Below are positions 17,002-26,830 of a stretch of 64,000 nt of DNA, one piece after another. The first letter of the stretch is position 1; each line of letters opens with the position of its first letter. The stretch comes from Phycisphaerales bacterium (lineage in GTDB: Bacteria; Planctomycetota; Phycisphaerae; Phycisphaerales; UBA1924), in assembly GCA_965227775.1 (NCBI GenBank), contig OZ245777.1:768001-832000 (forward strand). Reading direction: 5' to 3'. The translations under genes were made by a program, and so were the position numbers. The notes under the pieces were generated by a model. That model saw only the letters and a list, made by a program, of their open reading frames with translations. It was not told where the DNA came from and did not search any database.

Positions 17002-17118
17002 GACGGCGGCCACCTCTCGAGTGAAGAACGGTGTCTTGGCAAGGTAAGAACGCGCCCCGGCCCCACCACTGGGCCAAGGGGGCATCAGGGTAGGGCCCAT
17101 GCCCCGCCGCCGACCGCT

Positions 17119-18069
17119 TCAGGCCCCCGCCGCCCGCGTCAATCGCTCTCGCACCGCCTCGAAGATCGATCCCGAGCCGGCGGGCACGCAGACCACCACC
17201 AAGGCCGCCCCCATGGCATCGGCCTCGCGCATCGCCGCGTACAGCTCCCGGGCGTAGGCCGGTGCGTCCGCGGGCATGGCGATCGACGCGTTCGGCGGAT
17301 CGACGGCCATCGGCACGCCCGGCGGGGACAGCACCACGCTCGGGCCTTCCCCAATCGCGGCCTCGGCTTCTTGAATCGAACCCACGAGCACGACCCGCGC
17401 CCGCGGCTGGTAGTGCGGCCCCAGCAGACCCGGGCTCGCAACTGGCCGGGCATCTGTGGCGTCGCGCTCGACAACCCGAACGCCGGCTGCATCATGGACT
17501 TCGTGCGGACCAATCACCCCTGGTCGAAGCACGCGAACCGCTGCTCCCTCGATCGCGAGCACCGTCGATTCGAGCCCGACCTCGCAAGGCCCGCCATCGA
17601 GCACGAACACGCTTTCGTCGAACACGCCGCGCACGTGCCCGGGCGTCGTGGGCGAGACATAGCCCGACCGGTTCGCGCTCGGCGCGACCAGCGGCTCTCC
17701 CACGGTCTCGATCAACGCGAGCGCAACCGGATGCTTCGGTACCCGCACGGCGACCGTCGGGCCGCCAGCCGTCACCACATCCGGCACCCAGGCCGCCTTG
17801 GGCAGCACGAGCGTCACCGGCCCGGGCCAAAACACGCGCGCAATCGCGTCAGCCGCGTCCGGCCAGACATCGCAGCACTCCTGGGCCATCTCCAAAGTTG
17901 ATGCGTGCACGATGAGTGGGTTCGTCGCCGGCCGGCCCTTGGCCACGAACACACGCGCAACGGCGGCCGCATCGCGCGCAATCGCCGCAAGGCCGTACAC
18001 AGTCTCGGTGGGCATCGCCACAAGCCCGCCGCGGCGAAGGTGCACCGCCGCGTGCGCGATGGCGTCCAT
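17119..18069 (-). CDS. sua5: L-threonylcarbamoyladenylate synthase (Sua5 type)
   Basis: PTETVYGL, KGRPATNPLIVH, APSANRSG, GLESTV, SPGLLGPHY. Confidence 0.95.
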   Translation of the reverse strand: MDAIAHAAVHLRRGGLVAMPTETVYGLAAIARDAAAVARVFVAKGRPATNPLIVHASTLEMAQECCDVWPDAADAIARVFWPGPVTLVLPKAAWVPDVVTAGGPTVAVRVPKHPVALALIETVGEPLVAPSANRSGYVSPTTPGHVRGVFDESVFVLDGGPCEVGLESTVLAIEGAAVRVLRPGVIGPHEVHDAAGVRVVERDATDARPVASPGLLGPHYQPRARVVLVGSIQEAEAAIGEGPSVVLSPPGVPMAVDPPNASIAMPADAPAYARELYAAMREADAMGAALVVVCVPAGSGSIFEAVRERLTRAAGA

Positions 18070-18071
18070 CG

Positions 18072-19892
18072 CTACTGGTCCGAGTCGTCGTACGGGTCTT
18101 GGAGCTTACCGGCATCGGGCACGACGAAGCGCACGCCGTTGCGTTCCAGCGCGGTGCCCATGGCCGCGTGCAGGTTCGAGATGCCGACCATGTAGTCGAC
18201 GAGCGCTCCAACCTCTGCCTGCTCGGCCGCCGCCAGCCGCTCCTGGGCCTGGAATTCCAGATTCAGGCGCTCGGGCGTGTTGACCGCGATCGTGTCGCGC
18301 TGGATGTCCAGCACGCGCACGTTGTTGGCCGCAGCCAGCCGGTTGCTGATGGCTTGACCGATGCGTTCGTAGGCCTCCTTCGTGCGCCGGAGCGACGAAC
18401 GCACCTCCGAGATCACGCCCTGCACGGTGTTGTGATACGCGATAACGGCCTGGTACTGCTGGATGCGGCGCTCGTTGCGCGTCGCCTCGGCCGCACGGTT
18501 GCCGATGGGCAGCTCGAAGTTCAGCCCGAGCAGCCAGCTCTGCCGGCTGAAGCCGTACGAATCGGTGAACGACGTGCCGAGATCGTCGTCGAGATCGCTG
18601 ACGGCAAACTGCGCCCGAAGGTCGAGCTGCGGCAGCAGACCGTTCTCGGCCACGCGGCGGCGGATCGCCGTGTTATCCAGGCTCAGGAGCGCCTGATAGA
18701 TCTCAGGCCGGCGCCGCAGCGCCGACTGGTACGCGTCGAACAAGCCGTACTGGATGTCTTGGTCGACCGGCTCGTCAACGGGAAGCAGCAGCGTCTCGCC
18801 CGCGACGGGATAGCGCGGGTCGCTCATGGCCAGCTTCAGGCGATCGCTCGCCTCGCGCACGTTGGTCTGGCTCTGGATCACCGTCTGGCGGCGCTCCTGC
18901 ACACGCGCGTCGGCATCGGACACCTCGGCCGGGTTGGCGTCGACGTCGGCACGGATGCGGATCTCCCGCCGCGTCTCTTCGCCGCGCGCCAGCAACCGCT
19001 GCACGATCCGCAGGTTCTGCCGAGCCCGGAACAACTCCCAATACGCCGTCTCAACCTCGTTCACCGTGTTGATGGCCTGGGCCTTGAGGTTCGCGACCGA
19101 ATCTCGCTCGGCGTTGCGCGCCAGCAGCAGGCCCTCGCGGGCCACGTCGGTGCCGAAGCCGCGGAGCAACGGCTGATCGACCCGCAGCGTCAGCGTGCTT
19201 TCCCAGGCGGGGTCTGGGCTGAAGGTCAGGTTTGGGTTGTCGGTGAGCACGTCGGTGTACTCGAACTCCTGCACGATCGAGAGCGTGCCGCCGGTGGCCA
19301 TCTGCCGACGCAGGCCCAGCGACGACGTGAGGATGTCTCGCTCGTCGCGCGCCGCGGTAAACTGGCTTGAGGAGATCTGCTCGGTCTCGGAGCTGTTGTA
19401 CTGCGTCGATGCGATGAACACCCAGTCGAACGCCGCTTCGGCGCGCACCACGCCCGCCTCGGCGACCACCGGGTCGAGGCGCGAGAACTGCAACGCGTAG
19501 TTATGCTCGACGGCCGCGCGGATAGCCGACTCGAGGTCGATCGTCGCGACCGCCTGCGGGTTGCCCAGCAGGTCTTCGCCGAACTCGTCGCTGTCCTCGC
19601 CATAGCTGTCCATGCCGGCGATCTTGGCCACGTCGTCACGGAACCGATCGTCGATGTCGATCTCGACCGGCTGACGCTCGAAGGCCCGCAGCCCCTCGCC
19701 CGAGTCCCGGGCCTGGCGCAGCTCATTCATCAGGTTGTCAACCAGGGCACGCTGCGACGCGCGGCTCGGCTCGTCGAGCGGCGTGGCGCATCCGCTGGCA
19801 AGCAGCAGCGCGGCGGCCCCACCCGCGGCGACAACCCACCATCGGCCGTCGAGGCGGCGTTGCGAACGGGCTGGGTTCACACGATCGGTCAT
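18072..19892 (-). CDS. TolC-family outer membrane efflux protein (lipoprotein)
   Basis: Lipobox LASGC; QPLLRGFG, VETAYWEL, LPQLDL and ELPIGNRAA motifs. Confidence 0.88.
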   Translation of the reverse strand: MTDRVNPARSQRRLDGRWWVVAAGGAAALLLASGCATPLDEPSRASQRALVDNLMNELRQARDSGEGLRAFERQPVEIDIDDRFRDDVAKIAGMDSYGEDSDEFGEDLLGNPQAVATIDLESAIRAAVEHNYALQFSRLDPVVAEAGVVRAEAAFDWVFIASTQYNSSETEQISSSQFTAARDERDILTSSLGLRRQMATGGTLSIVQEFEYTDVLTDNPNLTFSPDPAWESTLTLRVDQPLLRGFGTDVAREGLLLARNAERDSVANLKAQAINTVNEVETAYWELFRARQNLRIVQRLLARGEETRREIRIRADVDANPAEVSDADARVQERRQTVIQSQTNVREASDRLKLAMSDPRYPVAGETLLLPVDEPVDQDIQYGLFDAYQSALRRRPEIYQALLSLDNTAIRRRVAENGLLPQLDLRAQFAVSDLDDDLGTSFTDSYGFSRQSWLLGLNFELPIGNRAAEATRNERRIQQYQAVIAYHNTVQGVISEVRSSLRRTKEAYERIGQAISNRLAAANNVRVLDIQRDTIAVNTPERLNLEFQAQERLAAAEQAEVGALVDYMVGISNLHAAMGTALERNGVRFVVPDAGKLQDPYDDSDQ

Positions 19893-20179
19893 ATTGATTC
19901 TGCTTTCTCGATTTTGCCCGGGTGGTGCGTCCCGGGGCCAACGCCGGATCGGGGGAGGCCGGCGGGAGGGCCCCGGCCGGCGGGCGTGCGGCGGGCCGCG
20001 AAGGCGCTCAAGCCCCCCGCCCATGGGGAGCCGATGCTAGGAGGCTGGGACCGCCGCCCCAAGCGGTCTACCTTTCTATTGTCTGGGGCCTTCGGAGCGA
20101 AGGCCGCCACCCGGCGCACGAGGCGCCGGACATGCAGATGAGTCGCCATGCCCCTGGGGCCCGTTCAACGGAGGGAACG

Positions 20180-21598
20180 ATGCTCACCGCACGACTGCAC
20201 CCGCTCACCGTCATCGCATTGGCAGCCGTCACGCTCGCCGGGTGGTTCGCCCAGGCGGCCTCGGCCCAGGGCCGCGACGTCGAGCCCTATTTCGTGACCG
20301 TCACCGCCGAGCAGGCGTTCCTCCGGTCTGGCGACCTGCGGAGCTACTACCCCATCGCCACCCTCAAGCCGGGCACCGTCCTGCGCGTGACCGGCGAGAG
20401 CGGCAACTGGCTCCGCGTCGAGTATCCCCGCGGCCTGCGGGCGCTCGTCCGGGCCGACCACGCGACGCTGGACCAGGTCGAGGGCATCGTGACCCTCAGC
20501 CGCTCGGGCGCGCTCAAGGCGCTCAGCGATACCCGCTACGGCATCGACGGCTCCTTCCGCGATGTGCAGGGCCCCGAGACGCCCGCCACCACCCGCCTGA
20601 AGCACCACCGCACAGAGCAGAGCAGCCGCGGCGTGGTGTTCTACATCGTCGACGCCCCGCAGGGTGCCGCCGGCTTCATCGAGAGCGCCCAGGCCCGGCG
20701 GTCGGTGCCCAGCGAGATCCAGGCCTACCGCGCCAGCCTCGAAGCAGAAGACCAGGGCCAGGCCCTGCCCGAACCACCGACCCAGCAGCCCACGCAGGCG
20801 CCCGTCGAGCAGGAAGCGCCGCAAGCCGAAGAAGAAGACCGCCCGACCGTGATGGAGCCCATGCGCATCGAGGGCGCGGGAACGCCGCCCGCGACCGATC
20901 CGATCCAGACCAACCCCGCGGCGCCGCGCACCAACCCGGTGCAAGACAGCCCGGCCGGCCAGCCCGTCGAGATGGAGATGCGCACCGAGCCCGAGCAGCC
21001 CGGCGACGCGCTCGACCCGCTGCCGAGCCTTGAGGCGCTGTCGGCCGCGTTTGACGCCGTCCGCCGCCAGGGCACGCTCGAGGCTGAGGTCGACGAGCTC
21101 GAAGCCGCCTTCCAGCGCGTACTCGCCGCGACGCCCGACATCCTGGAGAACGAGTCGGTGCGCACCTGGCTGCAGCAGCGCCTCAGCCTGCTTGAGATCC
21201 GCAAGCAGCTCCAGAAGACACTGCAAGACGTCGCCGAGGCGCAAGCCAAGCTGAAGGAAGGCAACCAGGAGAGCGACCAGGCCATGGCGCGCCTCCGCGA
21301 GTCGGCCATCTACGACTACGTCGGCAAGCTCGAGAAGAGCGCCGTCTACAACGGCAACCGACTACCGCTCATGTACCGTCTCGTGTCGGTGGGCGACGGC
21401 GCACCGCGCACGCTGGGCTACATCGAGCCCACCGAGGGGCTCGACCTGGACCGCAAGCTCGGCGTGCTCGTTGGCGTCAGCGGCGGCGGCAGCAACCGGG
21501 CCGACCTGCGCCTGAGCACCATCGACGCGACCAGCGTGGTGGTCCTGCGGTCAGAAGAGTCCGAGAAGGTGCAGTACGCCACCGAGCCGGGCAGCTAA
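20180..21598 (+). CDS. Exported SH3-domain / coiled-coil protein
   Basis: Signal peptide; LRSG..YYPIATL..VLRVTGESGNWLRVEYP (bacterial SH3-like); P/Q/E linker; coiled coil; SD GGAGG. Confidence 0.75.
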   Translation: MLTARLHPLTVIALAAVTLAGWFAQAASAQGRDVEPYFVTVTAEQAFLRSGDLRSYYPIATLKPGTVLRVTGESGNWLRVEYPRGLRALVRADHATLDQVEGIVTLSRSGALKALSDTRYGIDGSFRDVQGPETPATTRLKHHRTEQSSRGVVFYIVDAPQGAAGFIESAQARRSVPSEIQAYRASLEAEDQGQALPEPPTQQPTQAPVEQEAPQAEEEDRPTVMEPMRIEGAGTPPATDPIQTNPAAPRTNPVQDSPAGQPVEMEMRTEPEQPGDALDPLPSLEALSAAFDAVRRQGTLEAEVDELEAAFQRVLAATPDILENESVRTWLQQRLSLLEIRKQLQKTLQDVAEAQAKLKEGNQESDQAMARLRESAIYDYVGKLEKSAVYNGNRLPLMYRLVSVGDGAPRTLGYIEPTEGLDLDRKLGVLVGVSGGGSNRADLRLSTIDATSVVVLRSEESEKVQYATEPGS

Positions 21599-21756
21599 CC
21601 GCCACCGACCAAGGCGACGCCAACAACCACGATCACGCGCAAGGGCCCGGGCAAGCACCCGGGCCTTGTTCGTTGACCTCCACGCCCGTGCGCGAATTCG
21701 AGGGCAAACCCACACGATTCGCGACGACCAAGTCCATTCGCACGTACACTGTGTTC

Positions 21757-23052
21757 GTGAGCATGCACGCCACATCTGCCGGCCCTGCGACCATGATGGC
21801 CTCAGGCCTCTCATCGCTCGACCGCACCGAGTTCGCGGCGCGGCAGGCCTTCGAGCAGGCCGCCGAGCAGCTGCCCGAGGGTGCCGACTCGGCCGACCTC
21901 GCGCTCGTCTTCTTCTCGAGCGCGCACGTCGGCCAAGCCGGTCTTGTAGCCGCAGCCGCGCGAGCCGCGCTGCCCAACGCCACCATCGTCGGTTGCTCTG
22001 CCGAGTCGGTGCTGGGCGGCACAGTCGAGCTTGAGGACCGGCCGGGCATCAGCGTGCTGGCGTGCAGCATGCCGGGCGTCGACGTGCGCGCATTCCCCCT
22101 CAGCCGGCTGTCGAACATCGACCCAAGCAACCCAAGCCAGGTCGAACGCCTGCGCGAGACCGCTGGCATGACGCACGAGCACCGCGCGACCATCCTGCTG
22201 CCCGATCCGTTCGGCCTGCCCGCCGGGCGCGCCATCACGGCCATCGACAAGGCCGCGCGGCTGGGGCTGGGCGACGACGAGCGGCCGGTCATCCTCGGCG
22301 GCATGGCATCATCAGATAACCGCACGGGCGGCAACGCGTTTCTGCTCGACGGTCGGACCATCCGCGATGGTGGCGTGGGTCTCTCGCTGAACGGCCCGAT
22401 CACCGTCGACACCGTGGTGAGCCAGGGCTGCCGGCCCATCGGCCCCAACATGGTTGTGACCCAGGGCGAGGGCAACATCGTGCACCGCCTCGGCGGGCGG
22501 CCCGCGTTCGAGGCCGTGCGCGAGGTCATCGCCGACCTCGACGAAGACGAGCGACAGCTGCTGAGCAAGGGCGTGTTCCTGGGCGTCGTGGCAGACGAGC
22601 ACCGCCGCCACTTCGGGCGCGGCGACTACGTCATCCGCAGCATCATGAGCGCCAACGAGGCCGACGGTTCCGTCGCGCTGGGCGACTACGTCCGCCTGGG
22701 CCAGACCGTGCGCCTGCACGCGCGCGATGCCAGCACGGCCCACGAAGACCTCGAGCTGCTGCTGGACGCCCAGAAGCTGTATGAGCATCCTGCAGGGTGC
22801 TTGCTCATCACCTGCAACGGGCGCGGTACGCGGCTCTTCGAGCATCCCAACCACGATGCGCAGACCGTGCACCGGGCGTTTGAGGCCGTCCGCAAGGGCG
22901 CGCCAGCCATAGGTGCCGCGCCGCGCGGCACCGGCCAGCCCATGCCCATCGCCGGCTTCTTCGCGGCCGGTGAGATCGGGCCCATCCAGGGCCGAACATT
23001 CGTGCACGGCCACACCGCGTGCGCCGCACTCTTCCGCGGCCGGACGGTCTGA
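21757..23052 (+). CDS. FIST (FIST_N/FIST_C) signal transduction protein
   Basis: IVGCSAESV, ILGGMAS, VSQGCRPIG, CNGRG and GFFAAGEIGP motifs; start GTG 21757 or ATG 21763. Confidence 0.92.
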   Translation: MSMHATSAGPATMMASGLSSLDRTEFAARQAFEQAAEQLPEGADSADLALVFFSSAHVGQAGLVAAAARAALPNATIVGCSAESVLGGTVELEDRPGISVLACSMPGVDVRAFPLSRLSNIDPSNPSQVERLRETAGMTHEHRATILLPDPFGLPAGRAITAIDKAARLGLGDDERPVILGGMASSDNRTGGNAFLLDGRTIRDGGVGLSLNGPITVDTVVSQGCRPIGPNMVVTQGEGNIVHRLGGRPAFEAVREVIADLDEDERQLLSKGVFLGVVADEHRRHFGRGDYVIRSIMSANEADGSVALGDYVRLGQTVRLHARDASTAHEDLELLLDAQKLYEHPAGCLLITCNGRGTRLFEHPNHDAQTVHRAFEAVRKGAPAIGAAPRGTGQPMPIAGFFAAGEIGPIQGRTFVHGHTACAALFRGRTV

Positions 23053-23060
23053 CGCACGCC

Positions 23061-24569
23061 ATGACCACGCTGTTGTGCGTGCCCATCACCGTCGACACGC
23101 CCGAGCAGGCACTCGCCGATGCCGAGCACGCACGGCTTGCCGGCGCCGACCTGGTCGAGTTCCGCCTCGATGCGTTTCTTGAGGAAGCAAGCCAGATCGA
23201 CGCGTGCGTGCGCCTCGTAGGCGACTCACCGCTGCCGTGCATCGCGACGTGCAGACCAAGCTGGGAGGGCGGCGAGTACGAGGGCGACGAGCACACGCGG
23301 TCCGAACTCTTCGAAGAACTCTGCACGGCCGAATCTCCGCCGCGCTACGTCGATACCGAACTCGCCGCCCGCAGAGTGACCGACACACTGGACGGCCCGG
23401 TGAAACTGATCGTGAGCACCCACGATTTCCAGGGACGGCCAGCCAACCTGACACGACAACTCTTGCACTTGCGCGAGGACTCGGGCGCAGCCGTCCACAA
23501 GATCGCGTTCCGGGCGCGTTCGCTGCGTGACAATCTGGAGCTGTTCGAGATACTCGCGCATCGCGACCGCCCCACCATCGCGCTCGGCATGGGCACGTAC
23601 GGTCTCATGAGCCGCGTGCTGGCACCGAAGTTTGGCGGCTTTCTGACCTTTGCGAGCCTGCGCCCCGAGACCACGACCGCGCCGGGCCAGCCCACCGTTG
23701 CCGATCTACTCAACCTCTATCGCTTTAAGAGCATCACGCAAAGCACGAAGGTCTTCGGCATCGTCGGCGATCCGGTTGAGCACTCGCGCTCCCCCGCGAT
23801 GCACAATGCCGGTTTCGAGCGCGTGGGCTTCGATGGTGTGTACCTGCCACTGCCGGTCGCGGCGGGGTACGAGTCGCTGAAGGCCACGCTGACCGAACTG
23901 CTGGCGTCGGACGTGCTCGACCTGACCGGCCTGAGCGTCACCATGCCGCACAAGGAACATCTCGTGCGGCTTGCGCGCGAGCAGGGATGGCGGATCGATG
24001 GCCTCGCCGAGCGCTGCGGCGCCGCGAACACGCTTGTGCGCACCGATTCGGGCGTCCGCGTGCTCAATACCGACGGTCCCGCAGTCGTGCGTTGCCTGCG
24101 AGATGCCGGCGTCGAGCTCGGCAACGTGCTCGTGCTTGGTGCGGGCGGTATGGCACGATCGGTCGCGTTCGCGCTAGCCGATGTCGGCGCTCATGTGCAC
24201 GTGCATAACCGGACAACCGGTCGTGCGCACGAGCTTGTGGAGGCCGTGCCGAACGCATCGCACGTCGAATCGCTGGAGCGATTGGAACCCCTGCAGGCCA
24301 TCGTGCAGTGCACGCCCATTGGCATGGCGGGCGGTTCGGCCGCGGATCAGGCACCAATCCCTGCCGACGCCCTCGGCAACGCGACGATTGTCGAGACCGT
24401 ATATCACCCGCGCGAAACGCCGCTGGTGCGAGACGCAACCGCGCGCGGCCTGCGGGTGATCGACGGCCTGGACGTGCTCGTTGCGCAAGCTCTGGATCAG
24501 TTCAAGCTCTTCACCGGCCACGATGCTCCGATCGAGCTCTTCCGCGAGGCCGCGAACGCTGGAGCCTAG
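23061..24569 (+). CDS. aroDE: Bifunctional type I 3-dehydroquinate dehydratase / shikimate dehydrogenase
   Basis: ADLVEFRLD, STHDF, TAPGQ (AroD); HSRSPAMHN, SVTMPHK, ANT, NTD, GAGG (AroE). Confidence 0.93.
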   Translation: MTTLLCVPITVDTPEQALADAEHARLAGADLVEFRLDAFLEEASQIDACVRLVGDSPLPCIATCRPSWEGGEYEGDEHTRSELFEELCTAESPPRYVDTELAARRVTDTLDGPVKLIVSTHDFQGRPANLTRQLLHLREDSGAAVHKIAFRARSLRDNLELFEILAHRDRPTIALGMGTYGLMSRVLAPKFGGFLTFASLRPETTTAPGQPTVADLLNLYRFKSITQSTKVFGIVGDPVEHSRSPAMHNAGFERVGFDGVYLPLPVAAGYESLKATLTELLASDVLDLTGLSVTMPHKEHLVRLAREQGWRIDGLAERCGAANTLVRTDSGVRVLNTDGPAVVRCLRDAGVELGNVLVLGAGGMARSVAFALADVGAHVHVHNRTTGRAHELVEAVPNASHVESLERLEPLQAIVQCTPIGMAGGSAADQAPIPADALGNATIVETVYHPRETPLVRDATARGLRVIDGLDVLVAQALDQFKLFTGHDAPIELFREAANAGA

Positions 24570-25078
24570 ACCACCATCTGGTCGACGCCTTCGCCACCTG
24601 CCAGCACACTGGCGCTGACGAGCGTGCGGAAAGCCTCGGCGGCCAGCAGCGAGTCTCGCTCGGCGGGCACGTGGGCGAACATCAGGTCGATGGCGCCCAA
24701 TGCCCGCGATTCTGCCCATGACGGATCCATCACGCGAACGACGCCGTCGACCGATGCACCTTGCTCGTCGATGGCGACCAGTGTGGCCTCGAACTCGATC
24801 GTCGCGCCGGGCAGGACCTCGAAATCGAGCTCGGCTTTGCGGAGCTTGGCCAGCACGACGTCGTCCTTGAAGCCGCGGGCGTGGCCGGCGAGCAGGCCGC
24901 CCGTCTGGGCCATGCCCTCGATGATGAGCGGCGCGGGCGCGATCGGAAGCGCGGGGCGGTCGCCCGACGCCGGGAAGTGCTGGTGCAAGTGGGGCTCGCT
25001 CAGGCTGATGGTCTTGCGGGCGACCATCCGGCGGCCGGGCTCAAGGGCCAGGATTCGATCGATCCAGAGCCAGCGCAC
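24566..25078 (-). CDS. FabZ-like 3-hydroxyacyl-ACP dehydratase (hotdog fold)
   Basis: MRWLWIDRI, HFP..IIEGMAQTGG. Confidence 0.85.
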   Translation of the reverse strand: MRWLWIDRILALEPGRRMVARKTISLSEPHLHQHFPASGDRPALPIAPAPLIIEGMAQTGGLLAGHARGFKDDVVLAKLRKAELDFEVLPGATIEFEATLVAIDEQGASVDGVVRVMDPSWAESRALGAIDLMFAHVPAERDSLLAAEAFRTLVSASVLAGGEGVDQMVV

Positions 25079-25088
25079 GAGATTGGCC

Positions 25089-25478
25089 TCAGGCGGCGGC
25101 GCCGAGCTTGCGCTCGACGAAGTTGGTGATCGCGTCGACGGTGAAGATCTCGCCCACGCGGCCGAGGCGCGGGTCGGCTTCGATGGCGTCGATCTCGGCG
25201 TGGGGCAAGCGCTCGCGAAGGGCGCTCAGGCCGGCCTCGGTCAGCATGCCGTCCTGCACATAGGTGGGGTCTTGCTGGAGGTTCTCGGGGAAGAGCTCGC
25301 CCTGCTCGATCTTGATGTCAAAGGCCTGTTCGAGGCGGAAGACGATGTCGAGGAAGTCGATGGACTCGGCCCCGAGATCGCCGGTGAGGGTTGCCCGCGG
25401 GGTGACTTCCTCTTCATCGATGCCCAGCACCTCGGCCAGCACCTCTTGCACCCTCGCATGGATCTCGTCTCGCGTCAT
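25089..25478 (-). CDS. Acyl carrier protein (long form)
   Basis: DLGAESIDFLDIVFRLEQAFDIKI with Ppant Ser; ~35-aa insertion; SD GGAGG. Confidence 0.9.
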   Translation of the reverse strand: MTRDEIHARVQEVLAEVLGIDEEEVTPRATLTGDLGAESIDFLDIVFRLEQAFDIKIEQGELFPENLQQDPTYVQDGMLTEAGLSALRERLPHAEIDAIEADPRLGRVGEIFTVDAITNFVERKLGAAA

Positions 25479-25537
25479 AGCGCCTCCGTCGTGGCCCGCC
25501 GATCGTCCCCGGCTACACGCCCCCAGGGTCTTCGATG

Positions 25538-25984
25538 CTATGGGGCCCGGTGTTGCCAGGGAGGGCTGGGGTGTGCGGCGCGAAGCGTCAGGCGGCCCGA
25601 AACGGCGGCCGGAAGGCCGTCGACGCCCACAAGATCGACCTCGGCTTGGTCGCACGCTCGGCCGGCTGCGGCGATCGTGGCGGCTTCGCCCTCCAGCTTC
25701 ACGAGCTTCACATCGCACACCAGCCATTGGCCCGGCGTCAGGAAGCTGCTGAATCGGACGGCCCGGGCCGAGCCGAGTACCCAGCGATTGGCTCCATCGA
25801 CGTGGCCGGCGAGTAACTCGCGGCCGGCCTGCACGAGCGATTCGATCGCGAGCACGCCCGGCAGCACGGGGCGACCCGGGAAGTGGTCTCGGAAGAAGGG
25901 GTCGGCCGGGTCGAGGCGGTGCCTGGTGATGACGCGATCGCGTTCGCGCAGCAAGACGTCGTCGGTCAGGGCGTACCAGTCCAC
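25538..25984 (-). CDS. FabZ/FabA-like 3-hydroxyacyl-ACP dehydratase
   Basis: FFRDHFPGRPVLPGVLAIESLVQAG; start inferred at GTG 25984. Confidence 0.85.
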   Translation of the reverse strand: MDWYALTDDVLLRERDRVITRHRLDPADPFFRDHFPGRPVLPGVLAIESLVQAGRELLAGHVDGANRWVLGSARAVRFSSFLTPGQWLVCDVKLVKLEGEAATIAAAGRACDQAEVDLVGVDGLPAAVSGRLTLRAAHPSPPWQHRAP

Positions 25985-26040
25985 GGGTAAGCGTAGTGTT
26001 TGGTTCGCGCCCGGGCCTACCACGGGGTGAACCGACCGCC

Positions 26041-26775
26041 ATGCCACCCAGCCACGACGACGCCATCTGCCTGCGCCACAGCGAGTGGAGCGAGACGAGC
26101 CAGCATGTCACGCTGCTGGGGCGCAAGCATGGGTTGATCCGCGGATTGGCGCGCGGTTCTCGTCGTGAGCGGTCGGCCTTCTCGGGTGGATTCGAGTTGC
26201 TGGCGCGCGGCACGCTGGTGTTCTACGAGAAGCCCACGCGCGAGCTGGCCAACGTGACCGCCTGGGACCTGACCGCCACGCACGCGTACCTGCGCAAGGA
26301 CCTGCCCAGCCTGTGGCGCGCGATGTACGCGATCGATCTCGTGCAGCGGGCGCTGCCGGTGCGCGAGCCCCACCCGCGGACGTTCGATCAGCTCACGGGC
26401 TTGCTTTCGGCCAGCACCATCGGCATGGAGTCACTCACGCTGTTCCAATGGGCCCTGCTCGAGGAAGCCGGGCACAAGCCGGATCTGGGAGATCCCCCGC
26501 CCGGGGGTACGCCGCCGGTCGTGTACTTCCTGCCCGATGCGGGCCGGATCGAGATCGATCGGCCCGCCGGTGGGCACGAGGCATGGCCCATGCGGGGCAA
26601 GACGCTCGAGGCCCTGCGTTCGATAACCAGCGGCGAGCGTCCGCAAACCAGCGCCGACGAGGCGACCTGGACCAGATCGGCCGCCTTCCTGTGCGTCAAC
26701 TGGATGTGGGTGCTCGGAAGGCCGATACCTGCTGCACGGGCGGTCTTCGGCGACCGCATCGACCGAGGCGAGTAG
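26041..26775 (+). CDS. recO: DNA repair protein RecO
   Basis: DDAICLRHSEWSETSQHVTLLGRKHGLIRGLARGSRR..FSGGFELL N-terminal OB domain. Confidence 0.88.
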   Translation: MPPSHDDAICLRHSEWSETSQHVTLLGRKHGLIRGLARGSRRERSAFSGGFELLARGTLVFYEKPTRELANVTAWDLTATHAYLRKDLPSLWRAMYAIDLVQRALPVREPHPRTFDQLTGLLSASTIGMESLTLFQWALLEEAGHKPDLGDPPPGGTPPVVYFLPDAGRIEIDRPAGGHEAWPMRGKTLEALRSITSGERPQTSADEATWTRSAAFLCVNWMWVLGRPIPAARAVFGDRIDRGE

Positions 26776-26830
26776 GGACGCTCGCAGATCAGGCCATTCG
26801 GCGCACTTCGCCGGCAAGAGGAAGGCCAGC

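Noticed and set aside
15427..17901. 824-aa plus-strand ORF
   Set aside because: Antisense shadow of icd and sua5 with no recognisable motifs
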